A stretch of 64,000 nucleotides of DNA from Vicugna vicugna. Taxonomy: Eukaryota. The stretch lies in assembly GCA_013265495.1 (NCBI GenBank), contig MU058636.1:6793741-6857740 (forward strand). The letters run 5' to 3'. Both the position numbers and the translations under genes were made by a program. The notes under the pieces are model-generated. The model saw only the letters and a list, made by a program, of their open reading frames with translations, was not told the origin of the DNA and made no database searches. Shown piece after piece: positions 25,039 through 37,586 of the stretch (its first letter is position 1; every line of letters begins with the position of its first letter).

Positions 25039-27289
25039 ACAAATAAAGCAGCAAAGTATTTTTATTACAATTTGATAAACGCATAGATATTTTGTATAAA
25101 TGTGCAAACTTTGAACGTCATGATAAAATGAAAGACAAATTCTTTTTAGCTTTATTGCTTACAAACACATCCAACTCTCAGCTGTTATAAACTAAGAAGG
25201 ATTTAATTCGATTCAATTTGATTTGATTCAGTTTAGTTTGATTCAGTTCGATTTAATTACATGTTGTCTGGAGTTTGTTTTATGTAGAAGTGTGTTCCAA
25301 GAGCTTAGCTGTAGTGACTGGAATATACTGTGGAGTAGTTAACCAGATTAAGGAGCGTGCATCAGAATATCTGTGCACTGCTTTTATCAAGAAAGGTTTA
25401 CCATGAAACAATTTTAGCTGAACAATACAGTGGTCTTCATGGTATAATAAATTTTGAATGACTTTAAGGCTGATGTGGTAAATTTCCTATTCTCTTTATT
25501 ATGTGGTGGTGTGGAAGGTGATGCTAACTGTTACTGCACGCTGTGATGCAGTGGTTATTGAGAGAAGTTCTATTGATGATGTTGGAAATACACAGTCAAC
25601 TCTTAGTGTTTTTACAGGATAAGAAACCAGTTTCATTCCACTCTTTAAAGATTAATAGGATGAGCTTCTTTGTCAGACATATAAAATTTGTCAAATGAAT
25701 TCAGTACTTCCAACAAGAAAGTACTGCAATGTGTATTTTTAGTGGCAGAAAAGATCAAAGGACAAAAAAAAGTTAGACTCTTGAAAGAACATAGTTTCTA
25801 TGACATGCTTCATAATTTGATAATAATTATTGTTTAATAATATTATTTATTATTTAATAGTTATTTTTATGAAGTATCATGATCTTTAAGAATGATCTTG
25901 ATTTGGCTTAGCCTTGAAAAGTTGTCTCCTATCATTTCAGATACTTGATAGAATGTTTTGTATTTTATTAAAAGAAGATTAAAAGAAGATTCATATATAA
26001 AAATTAATAGAACAGGAATCTATTTCTTCCATTAAAATAAAATTAATATTTGATTATAACTATATAGGATAAATTACTGGAGCTGAGCGTTGATGAATAT
26101 TGAGGGTATATTTTGAATATATAGCATTTCTAGTTTCATTTTGGATAAAAGTGTAAAATGAATACATATTCTGAGCTCTCTAAGTTTTCATTTTATCAGC
26201 GTACCTCTGTGACATGGCTTCCTCCACTCTGCATGTTATTAAAGCAAAATAAAGCAAAACAAAATAGGTTAGTTGTATGCTACTCCCTTGAGTAGTAGTA
26301 TTGCCATTTCTACTTGGATTAGATAAGTTAATAGGCAAAAGTTGATCACACTATAAACTTTAAATATTCATATTCACAGTATTTGTTCAAAATATTTATG
26401 TAGGCATTTCCTTTGGGTAATCACCCTTTGCTCAAAACTTTTTGTTTAGTTATGATAGGTACTAAAAAAACTTCTAAGTGTAATAACATATGTGTATATT
26501 GATCATCTATACACACACTTTCAGTGGATAATGTGGACAGTTTTTGTAATTTTTTCCTAATGTTACCTTTGTTCTGATTATATTTACTGAAATTTAATTC
26601 TATGTCTATGGAGGCAAATTAAATTTTTTATGCTTTTATTTTGTGTACTTCAATTTTTTTTTGTTTTTTCAATAATTTGTTTTTATTTCATTATCAAAAT
26701 ATGTCATTTAATGATGGATTGAAAAAAATAGTAAATTTTTACAAATAGTTTGATAAGACTGATCTGGACTACTTTTCAACTCCTTGACACTTTACTCCTT
26801 TCTTTCAACTCCTTATTGAGACTTTTTAAAAATCCTAAAGTAGCTGTTTGTCCTCTTTCTTCTATTTAATCTTTGATAGTTCTTCAAAGTCATAGCCCTT
26901 CTTGGAGTATTGCATAGTTTCTTGGTTGGACTTCTTGTCTCTAAACATTTAGTTTTTTACTGATGACAGTTTTTAAAATAACACTAATATATAAAATAAT
27001 AAAGTAATGGAATATAATTTATATTGAATATAATACATTCATATAATAAATATTTTATAGCAAATGTAATAAATTAATTTTTCTTTCTGAAGATCTCTAA
27101 GGGATTCCTATAATTTGGGGAACAAAGTTAAAATGTCTTAACTTAATAGTGGCAAGACTGCGCTAGCTCTAACTCACCAGGATTACTACTGTTGCCTCGG
27201 AAAGGATTTCCTCACCAATTGACTTACTGATCTTAATTCTATTTTTTGTAGTTTTGCTGCAGTTTATTGTAAAATATAAATGAGATTAT

Positions 27290-27745
27290 GTCCCTTTTTG
27301 AAGTAAAATATTCTCATCACATTTAGAGTAAAATAATCACTACCTTCCCAGCTTCATCTTACGTGGTTTTTCCATTGCTCATTATGCTACAGTCAGACGA
27401 CTTTTTAGTTCTTAAATCAAGCATTTTCCTGCCTCGTGATCTTTGTATTTTGTTCCTGTTTTTTCACTCTCTCTTTTCTCTGTTTTTTGTATGACTAGAG
27501 AGTGCTCATCCTTCATGTGTCTGGTTAAAGGTCACCTCCACACAGAGGCTTTCCCTGACCACTACAGCCAAGTAGCTCCCACCCCCCCAACCACCTTATT
27601 TTCTATCTTAGGTTTAACTTCGTTTCCTTTCTTGCACTCATGCAACTTATTTATTCATTTATTATAATGTATACTTCAAGAAGGTGGCCCTGTCTAGCAT
27701 GCCACTTGGAAGTAAATACAGTAAATATTTGTTAAGCAAATGAGT
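27290..27745 (+). mobile_element. L2 LINE 3' fragment
   Basis: tcacctcc.cagaggctttccctgaccac...agtaaatatttgtt..gcaaatgagt resembles the L2 3' end. Confidence 0.65.
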
Positions 27746-28129
27746 AAGACAGTGAGAAAACTAAACAGTTTTTTAAAAAGCTGAGTACTCATGGTAGCCA
27801 TAAAATGTATCTCATTAATAGACATCCTAAAAACAGAGAAAATAATTTTTTCTTGGTAACTTGTCCTAGAAGCTGTAGAAGCTTTATGTTAATTATTTCA
27901 CTTTACATTTAAAAAGAAGAATGTTAATATTTAGTGAACTTACAAATAAATATATGGTATATTAGTTTCCTCTAAAACTTTATTGTCAGGAAAAAGAATT
28001 ATGTACACAGGAAATAATTAAGATAATGTATTAGTATAAGAATAGACATATGCCATTAAAAATTATAAACAGGCTGGCATTTGTATGAGTATTTCATATA
28101 TAATAAATATAACTTTTCTAGTCAAACGA

Positions 28130-28790
28130 AAGTGGAGGTATTTGCAAATGGTATTGGGATTACCAAATGGGGTAGCCAATTGAAAAAAAATAAATTCTAT
28201 CCTTATTTCATGTATCATGTCAAATAAATTCCACATGTATTAAAATTTAAAGTTAAGAATTAGACAACATAGTTCAAGAAAATTAAAATTACTATTTATA
28301 TAAGAAAATGCTTTAAATCATAACATCAGAGGCTGAAGTTGTAAAGTAAAGGATGTGACTAAATATAAAGTTTTATATATCTACCTGTCTAAAAATATTA
28401 ACACAATTAAAAGAAAAATGCAAACAGGAAAAATTTATATTATGTAAAAGTCAGTAGCCTTAATAAATAAATAACTTATAAATCGATTAAAAGGATGTAT
28501 TGCAGTAATGGTAAAATGTAAGAAAATACCCAACAGCTAACAAAAGAAAGGCAATATACAGTACAAATAAGGTAAATTTTAAAAAATTTACTAATAATCA
28601 AATTTATATTGAAACAAAAAAGTATCATAACTTTCAAATTGGGCAGAATTGAAGGATGAGAATGTAAACATGCACTTTTAACAGAATAAAAATATGCATA
28701 ATCCTTGATCTACTGACTTTATTCTTAGAATTGTATCTTAAGGAAACAATGAAGGATATACCGATAATTTATATACAAATATTTTTCACC
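28130..28790 (+). mobile_element. Old L1M ORF2 fragment
   Basis: aaatggtattggga...aaataaattccacatgtattaaaa..aaag are degenerate L1 ORF2 motifs. Confidence 0.55.
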
Positions 28791-29345
28791 ACTTAGTTTT
28801 TATTTATTGCATACTTAGAACTAAAATTAATATTTATTAAATTGTTACATTCACATAATTAAACACTAAGGTTTTTAATATTGTACATTTGTTACTCTTG
28901 CTTTGGAGTCATTTTTGATGGATTCATTGTAATCTGTTATGTGGGGGAATTTTAATTTATTTTGCAAGTACTCTAAAATACTATCATTAATATATTATTT
29001 ATAGAATTCTTATTGGCTACTGTTGTCAAATATATATTTAATTAATTACAAGTGAAACTGATGCCCAATTATTCCTAGCAAATATTTTTTTTAAAAAACT
29101 TTAAAATAAATGTCTCTTCTCAGTTTTAGTAAAAGTACTAACAGAAGCCTCCCTCTTCTCTTTTTTTCTTTCATCTTCTAATTTAGTCTTTCAATTTACC
29201 TTATGATTCATTAAATATATATTTGCCGAATAAATTAATGGTTTCCTATTACATACTAGGTACTGGAGGTATAATGGTGAGCAAAAAGTCCCTCTCTTTA
29301 TGAATTAACATTCTAGTGAGGGAGATAGACTTTTAGAAACCACAT

Positions 29346-29468
29346 AAGCCATGAATTCTAAGAAATAAAATTGCAGATTATTATGAGAAATTACAGAATA
29401 TAAATATAAAATTGCAAGCCATGAATTCTAAGAAATGAAATTACAGGTTATTATGAGAAAGTACAGAA
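29346..29468 (+). repeat. 53-bp direct duplication (period 70 bp)
   Basis: AAGCCATGAATTCTAAGAAAT...ACAGAA at 29346-29398 and 29416-29468, 4 mismatches. Confidence 0.9.
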
Positions 29469-29761
29469 GAAGAAACCTAATTTAATTTGGGGGTTGAGAA
29501 AGGCCTCATGGAAGTGACATTTAAACCTGGAACCAAAGGATGAATTCTGTTAGTTTGGGGAAAAGAATCGGGACAGTGGAAGCACATTCCTGAATTGGTA
29601 GCCACACATTCAGAGCAATTCCTTGGTGTATTTTGGGAACATGTGTGATTGGAATGTAAGAGTCAAGGGAAAGAGAAGCATTCCATAAACGTAGATAGGT
29701 AAGCAGGAACCAAATCCTGTAGGGCCTAAGGATCTGGTCTTTAAACTAAGCAGAGGATTAC

Positions 29762-30256
29762 TGTATTAGTGTCCTATTACTGCCATAACAAATTACAACA
29801 GACTTACTAGTCTAAAACAACACAAAGGTATTATCTTACAGTTCTGTAGATCACAAGTCTAACATGGAGCTCACCCAGCTGAAGTCAAGGCATCCTCAAG
29901 GCTACATTCCTTTCTGGAGGCCCTAGAGGAGAATCCACTTTCCTTTCCTTTTCCAGCTTCCAGTGGCCACTCATATTCCTTAGCCTGTGGCCTTCTTCCT
30001 TCTTCCTCTGTGTTGAAAAGCAAGAATTGCATGTCCTTCAGACTACTCGTCTGTAGTCAGCATCTTCCTCTGAGCACATCTAGGAAAGGCTTTCTGCTTT
30101 GAGGTTTGATTGAGACCACCTGGATCATCCAGGCTAGCCGCCTCAACGCCTTCACGTCTAACCTCCTTTTTGGCCATGTACGGTAACATCCACAGGTGAT
30201 GGAGATTAGGATGTGGACCCAATTGGGAGGGAGGGGGCATTTTTCTGCCTGCTATA
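29762..30256 (-). mobile_element. MLT1-family (ERVL-MaLR) solo LTR
   Basis: TGTATTAGT..ctgccataacaaattac...ttatcttacagttctg at the left end and ggggcatttttctgcctgctata at the right end are the reverse complements of MLT1 termini. Confidence 0.8.
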
Positions 30257-31029
30257 AGTATCGTAGCCTGGTACAATTTTAAGAGTATTCTGTAAATTAG
30301 AGACATACTTTGGAAATAAAACTAACAGGATATGGTGGTAGATTGGATGTAGGGCATAAGGGTCTGTGAAGTTTTCAAAGATGACACCTGGCTGTCTGGT
30401 CTGAAGTACTGGGATGATAAAATCGTCATTTATGAAAGCAAACAAGAATGGAGGTAGATTATTTGAAGAGGATGACCAAGACTTCCATTTTAGATGTGTT
30501 AATTTTGAAATGTCTGTGGAAATCTTCTAAGCCTTTGGAAAGCTGAATCAGGCAAGCACGTTACAAGTGATAGCCTGCCACATTTAAACCTCATAGCACA
30601 CTTAAGATACACATTTTTCTAGGGCAGGTTTTGCAGCTTTTCAAAACTTAACTAAGTTGTTCAAGAAAACATGGAAAACTAGAAACTTGTGAAGCCAGAA
30701 TTGGAATCTTGATCAATTTGATTACATTCCCATGATCTTTCCATTATGACACATTTTCTTCAGAAAGGAAGGAGAAATACCCAAAGTAGCTTAAGGGTTA
30801 GCAATATAATGGGACGTGGAGTGAGAGGTTGTTCCTTTAGGATAGGATGTGTTGGTCTGCAGATAAGGGGGCCAGAGCTTGGGCCAAGACACAGAAATTG
30901 AAGATAGGTAGAAAGAATAACTAGTAGACTGGTTGTGCTCTGTACTTTTTAGGAATATGGTGTGATGATGGTAATGATAACAGTAAAATTAATAATGGGA
31001 TCAGGAGGCATAGGAATTTATAGTAAGAT

Positions 31030-31240
31030 TGCTTTGTGCTAGGCACTATTCATGAATTATATTCTTTAATTATCACAACAACTCTGTAATGTATGGTATG
31101 TACTGTTATTATGCGCATTTTACAGATAAAGAGGCCGAGAAAAGTTAAATGGCTTATCCACATCACAAAGCTAATAAGTGGTAAATAAGTCTTGATTGAA
31201 AGTCAGTCTTAATCTCAAAGCCTGAACTGTTAACCATATG
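31030..31240 (-). mobile_element. MIR SINE
   Basis: tgtgctaggcact...cattttacagataaagag...aagttaaatggctt is reverse MIR-like. Confidence 0.7.
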
Positions 31241-34200
31241 TAATATGCTAGTTGTGGCTTATCTAATTGATATTAACAGAGTGATACCATACTTTTGTTC
31301 CTGCAACTTAAGAAAAAAATTTAGGCATGTGTTACTGGTTTTAATAGTTGCCTCCATAACATTACTGAAATGCACACTGTATTTCAGTAGGAAAAGTAGT
31401 TTTTTGTTTGTTTTTTAACTTTGGGAAGAAAAAAGTGCAAATACAAGCTAGGGCAAGAGGAAGGCAAAATATGTATGTGAATTTTCATTACAATTTCTAA
31501 TTGATATTCAAAATATATAGAGTGGAACTATGCTAGATTAATGATTTTAAATCTTTCTATGCATGGCTTTTTTTCTATTTGGAGTTCTTTTTATGGTTAA
31601 TTTTTTGCAATTTAATTAAGTTGCATTTAATATAAACAAGATATACAAGTTATTTATATACAGATTTTTATGTTTATCTTAATGTGAATAGTTAGCTTAA
31701 TATTACTATTTGAAGAGCAAATAATTAATCTTACTATAATTTTTAAAGCTATACTAACAAGGAGCTGTCTGTTCCTTTCATGTTATTTCTTATTAAGATA
31801 GTTTGGAAAATAACAATTTGAGTAATTTAATAGGTAAGAAATATTGAAACACTTCATAAATCACTGTAAAACAAGATTTTTGGAGGAAAAAATGTGATAA
31901 ATGAGGTCACCATGTAAAAATCATGTCATTTGCTGAACACAACCCCATATTTTTCCCAAAATGCATTAGATGAACTCATTAGTTTCAATGAAAAACAGTA
32001 AGAAAAAGAGGCTTCTGGCACCCAACTGCCTGTTTCTGACAAGGTTAAGATCACTCAGGCTAGTAATGTTTCTGTTTTGTGTACTGACGTGGCCTGCTGC
32101 CACAAAAACTGATGAAACTACTGAAAAGTTACAAGTTGACTGTCAGTAATTTAACCTGCACAGATGCAATCACTTGTACTTTCTCTGCTGTTCATGCTTA
32201 ACTTTCCTTGAAGTCACTTGGGTTAAGTCCTGAAAGTACTTTAGTATTACAAAGAAGTATTCTGGAAATATGTAAATTATCTAAACTGGAGTTTATGCTA
32301 TCATCTGAGAGCATGTTCTGTAAAAGAGGTTAATGCATAATGGGATATTAAGGTAGGTTTTTGAATACTGATGTGTTTTCTATTTACAGTTACTATTATA
32401 AAAATTTTCGTTGTTTATTTCTATGTAAGTAAGATCACAGCGTACGCTTTACAGAACTTGCTTATTTGAATGGAACTTTTATTGAAATATAAAAATTACT
32501 GCTTTTATGAAATGTCTTTGTCATTCACAGTAAACGTAAAATTAAGGTTTTAATACTGTATAAATATTTTTGATGAGTCATTTGAAAATACTCTAATATT
32601 CAAGTTTAATAAACTTTTAATTGTGTTTTATAACCAAGGCCAACATTTATATTGGAGTTCCACATATAGATTTTGTCTGTTTGAAAGAGTCAATTGAACA
32701 GAAAAGCAAAAAATTGTAGAGTTGGTAGAAAAAATCTTTTCATGTGGTGCCTTGTGAACACAAATCAAATACTTTATTTTCTTAGATATTCTATTTACTA
32801 GCAAAATGCTTACATTTCTGACTAATATAACTTGAAAAGTTTACATTCTTTTGGTAGCTCTTAATGTAAGACACACCATAAATAATGATTGTGAGATATC
32901 ATATTAGGGAAAGCCAAATCTGTAGGCCAAATCTATAAATTAGCTAAATTTAGACTAAGTCCTAGGCTTGACTATATACCGTCTGAAAATTAAACTCTGT
33001 AAGAAGAGTTAACCTATGCTAGTAACTATTGCACTGTGATATTCTGTTGATACTAGAGTTATTTTGTTCCTATATTTAGGGTCTCTGTCCTATTGTCATA
33101 GAAATGTTGCTACTGCTGTTTAATTTTCTCCTGATTTTTCTGCTATACTTGTTTCTCTTCAAGGGATATTATCTATAGATTAAATATGCATTTAAAAAAT
33201 TTAGTAGTATCTCTAAGAGTGGAAATAACTGACTTAGCCATCTTATCTTCTCATTCTGTATTGCTAGGTAATTAATTCCATCAGTTTCCAAAGTTTCGAT
33301 TATCACCTCAGTTTGAATGATCCTCAACTATATGGCTGTGGTTTCCTTGACTTAGATATAAATGTCCCATAGATTCTGATGACTTAATTGAGTCAAAATT
33401 TAATTCATTGTTTTCCTGAACAAACTTGCTTCTTTTTAGCTTTCTTCTTCTATTAGTGGCGTATCAGCGTTCTTTTTTATTTTTTCCTTTAAGCTAGAAT
33501 TTCCAGAGGCATCTTGATTTTTTCCCTTTCTTATTATTCTTAATGCTATTATTCTAATAAAAGTCTTAATCTTCTATCACAAGGTTTTATTAAAAAAAGC
33601 CACACTGTTATCTTTACCTTTTACCTTTTTCCTTCTGTAGTGCTTTGTGAATAATATTATTGAAATTTTCTGTCTTCTCAAAAAAACTTTTTGCAGTTGT
33701 TTTAATTTTTAGCTTTGGGAACAGCTAAGAATTAGTCTACCCTATTTTTTATGTTGTTCATCCAGTGTTTGAATATTATTATCATGTTCTACAGAGTAAT
33801 CTTTTCTTCATTCAATTCTAACATCCTTGCCCAGATAAGCAAAACTAAGACCTATTTAATGAAATATGAGGAAAACCACAATATGACACTGACTTGTGAG
33901 AGCTGTATATTTTTAGTCAATTTAAATGAATATTGTATATTATGAAGATTGAATAAATGAAGACATTTCTAAATTAATTTATAGATATAATCTGGATCAA
34001 AAGGAAAGGAGAATCATAAGAAAGAAAAGGAATTTTCTTTTTTTTGAAAATGACAAAATTATTGTTACATTTACCAGGGGGAAAATAATAAATTCACAGC
34101 CTCTGTAAATTTGGATGTCATGACGTTACTCTACATTCATGAAATTAGCAGAACTGTCTAACAGAGTCTAAGAACTGAGCCCTGTTACTAAAGAAATCCC

Positions 34201-34966
34201 TTTACAATATTATTAAATCCTTTAGCACTTGTGTATTAAACACAGAACAAGCTGTGATCCCATCCAACAATAGTGTCACCCAAACAACATTTCTCTGTGT
34301 TTTCACTAGAAATTTCACCAAAGGTTTTAAGAGATGTCTTGCTGAAATCAAAATAGCCTGTTCCCCTGTTTCCTGTCCTAATAACATTTCAAAATAAAGA
34401 AACATACAACAACGACAAAAAAGACTCCACAGGGCAGTTTTATAGAACTTACAGATGTTAATTATGAAGAAATAATAGAAATAATTTAGTTTGCCCTTCT
34501 TGTTTTACAAAGAATAACTGTTTAATACAGATAGTTATGATTTACTAAGTATTATTTTATGCAAAAACTGCAAGTAATTTACATGTAGTATCTTATTTTC
34601 CTCTTCAGTGTCACTTTATTAAGTTAAAAGCTGTTATTATGCCCATTATACTACATTAGATAAATTTTTCAAGAGTATCATTTAGAATTTGGTAACACTT
34701 TATTGCATAGACAACTTTATTATAGTAACCTTTGTATAATGAGATTTGGTAGGAATTTAACATTTTAAAGATGTTTTTCTTTTTATGTATTTTAATTGGT
34801 AATATTATATATGTATTTGATACATACACATTTGTGGTTCAGTTTTAACAAGTTGAAACATATTAATTTTGAAAGAATCAGCATGCTTAATCCAAAATGA
34901 TTGTTCTTAAAGGTACATACAGGTTACATTTTGGGGGCTCACTATTCTATTATTAAAGCATTTACC

Positions 34967-35004
34967 ATAAAATGACTATAACTCAATAAAAAAAGTTAAA
35001 AAAA
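34967..35004 (+). mobile_element. 38-bp L1-type 3'-end insertion with perfect 12-bp TSD
   Basis: AAAGCATTTACC at 34955-34966 and 35005-35016 flanks ataaaatgactataactcAATAAAaaaagttaaaaaaa. Left site TT|AAAG resembles the L1 endonuclease site. Confidence 0.8.
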
Positions 35005-35575
35005 AAAGCATTTACCTTTTTGAGCTAATCATTTGACATTTTGAAATTAACTCTTTAGAATTTTATGTATTCTATGTAATAAAAATATCTTTAACTAGTT
35101 TAACTATTTCAATTAGACATTTCATTTTGGTTATTGAAGTACAAAAAAAGATTTTAAAATGACTTCATATTTTTAAGGAAAATATTAGAGAAGTGTAAGG
35201 ATTTATCTTGCATGATTGGTGACTAACAATGAAAAAATAAAGGGGGGGCTTTATATAATAATAATTTATAAGCTGCTATGAGAAATCATGGTAGAAACTA
35301 TTTCTCCATGCTTATAAAGGCATCAGTTTTGAAATGCCAGGTGATTTATTAAAAAAAAAAAAAACAGGGTTCTGTTGATGCTTACTGAACAAAACAACAG
35401 GTGCATATGGGTGATTTGTTTTAACCCAATTGTGTTGTTATGCACATCCATTTAGCAGGTTTTTTGTTTCTTACAAGTTTTCTTTCCTCTGTGCTAATAT
35501 GTGAGTATGTTTTATTAATAATACTGGGTTTTCACCTGTGAAGCTTCTTGTTTAAACCACATCCTTTCATTACAG

Positions 35576-36014
35576 AATCACCTGCTGCATTTCCAGACAC
35601 AGTAAAGGAAAAAGAAACACCAACCCCTGGTGAAGATATTCAGCTAGAAAGTTCCATTCCTCATACAGATTCAGGAATTGGAGAGGAGCAAGTGGCTAGC
35701 ATCCTGAACGGGGCAGAGTTAGAGGCTACCACAGGCCCCGATGCCATGAGTGAACTGTTATCCACTTTGTCATCTGAAGTAAAAAAATCACAGGAGAGCT
35801 TAACTGAGAACCCCAATGAAATTTTGAAGCCTGCACCGTCCATATCTAGCATTAGTCAAACCAAAGGCATCAATGTCAAGGAAATACTGAAAAGTCTTGT
35901 GGCTGCCCCAGTTGAAATTGCAGAATGTGGCCCTGAACCTATCCCATACCCAGATCCAGCACTGAAGAGAGAAGCTCAAGCTATTCTTCCTATGCAGTTT
36001 CATTCCTTTGACAG
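35576..36014 (+). CDS. NBEA: NBEA exon, (E)SPAAFPDTVKEKE...LPMQFHSFD(R), 439 nt
   Basis: Acceptor tttcattaCAG|AA and donor CAG|GTAAAT. Phase 1 to 2. Lies within ORF 35548..36018. Confidence 0.95.
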
Positions 36015-37570
36015 GTAAATACTGAACTTGTTATTCAGAGTACTCTTTGCATAGAAGAAAATTAGAGTCTGTTAATTTAAAAATATTAGGAAGATCTTGA
36101 AAACATTATATTTATTACTGCAGATTCTTAGTACAAAGCCTATCAAAGTGACAGGCCAACCTGCTTGACCTTATAGTCAGGCATTTTAATAATACATCTC
36201 AAAAAGGAGTTCAGTATGAAATGGGGGATAGCACATTGAATTGGAAACAGGAAAATGCAGATTCTGATTATCATCTGTCATCAAGTGACTACAGTACGTT
36301 GGAGAGTCATTATATATGTTTTTTATATTATATACATTTATATGTATATATGTATGAGGTAAATGGCAAGTAATCATTTTTTTGTTTTACAGAGAAAAGA
36401 TCACGTTAGGAAAACAAATGTTCCTTAAACTGGAGTGTCAAAATAACTATATAGTCAAAATGTAGTATCTATTCCATATTACTTTCTCTAAAATAGCCAA
36501 ACTGCTTTGTCCGAATTAGAGACAGTAATTTTTTAGAATTTAGAGGTTGAGGTGTGGCAATAAAGCTATTTTCAGCTAGGATGAATTGTTTTTTTCAAAC
36601 ATGAGTATAATTTAAAATTTGCCGATAAACATTTTAACCAGTGTGCTACAGTTATTTCTTGAAAATGTATTGTGAAATATAAATTGCATTAGTAATATCA
36701 AATGTAAAGGTAGGTAAAATCAGTTTTGTTTTCTCTGAACTTAAAGTAGTAAAAGGAGATAAAATGTTTGCAAATTATTATCATATAAGATAAAATGTGT
36801 TAAGTGTCAAAAATTTTTAAAAACTAAAAAAAGGGGTATAAAATTTAGGAAATTACTTCTTTTTTTCAATAGTTTGTGTTAATATTATATTTGGAGGTTC
36901 ATTAATATAGTTCCTTGGATGTTCCTTATGCCGTTTCGTATTGATGTCCTCTATTTTCTTATTTGTTTTGTGTTCCCAAGAGATATGTATATATGTGTTT
37001 ATAAGTTTACATAAGCATAAGTTTGTAAGTATTTGTAACTGTATATATTTATAAATCATTATAGGTAAATGTTACAGTAATTTAATTTGGGGTCATAGAA
37101 GTTTTACATTCCATTTAATTTTTAAGTTCCATTATCTAACTTGTTAAAATATAAAACAGTAAGTACAGAGAATCATTGTGATTTGCATAAGAGAATCCAA
37201 TGAAATAAAGATTAAGTAAAATACTTCTGTTCTAATTTGGATTATTGTTAGAACAGTTTTTCATTAAAACTCAACAAAGCAGTCACCTGAGTGCCAATCA
37301 TTACTAGCTACTAAAAATTTATTACACTTTTGAGAATATTGTTTTACAAAAAACAGAACTTTCGATTTGTTCCTGGTAGCATTTGTGCAAAATGCAATGG
37401 GAGTGGAATCATTATTTTAAATTACATAAGTAGAAATGAAATCAAAAGAGCACAAAGCATATTTCAATTCTTTTTAGGAGAAGGGTCTCCAGTGTAGTTA
37501 ATATATGCAGTAGCTCAAGTACTATCAAATGTAAATGATGAGGTGATATTGATGAAAGGAGGGGATTGAG

Positions 37571-37586
37571 GTCTCAGGGGGCGCTG
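37571..37586 (+). promoter_or_regulatory. Candidate CTCF motif
   Basis: GTCTCAGGGGGCGCTG matches the 3' core (AGGGGGCGC) of the CTCF consensus CCACCAGGGGGCGC; the 5' part is imperfect. Confidence 0.4.

Larger units (their letters stand above)
29205..30530 (-). mobile_element. L2 LINE fragment interrupted by an MLT1 LTR
   Basis: L2 3' end in reverse (ctaggtactggaggtataatggtgagcaaaa...cattctagtgagggagatagac). L2-like sequence resumes after 30256 (ttttagatgtgttaattttgaaatgtctgtgg). Confidence 0.65.

Noticed and set aside
25201..25260. Pentamer repeat (ATTCR/GTTTR) resembling a spaced-repeat array
   Set aside because: Degenerate simple repeat, probably an L2-type tail; no repeat-spacer structure, so not CRISPR-like.
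35455..35506. Donor-like GTGAGT at 35501 suggesting another small exon before the 439-nt exon
   Set aside because: Only about 75 nt from the next acceptor, weak exonic context, and no missing NBEA peptide to account for.
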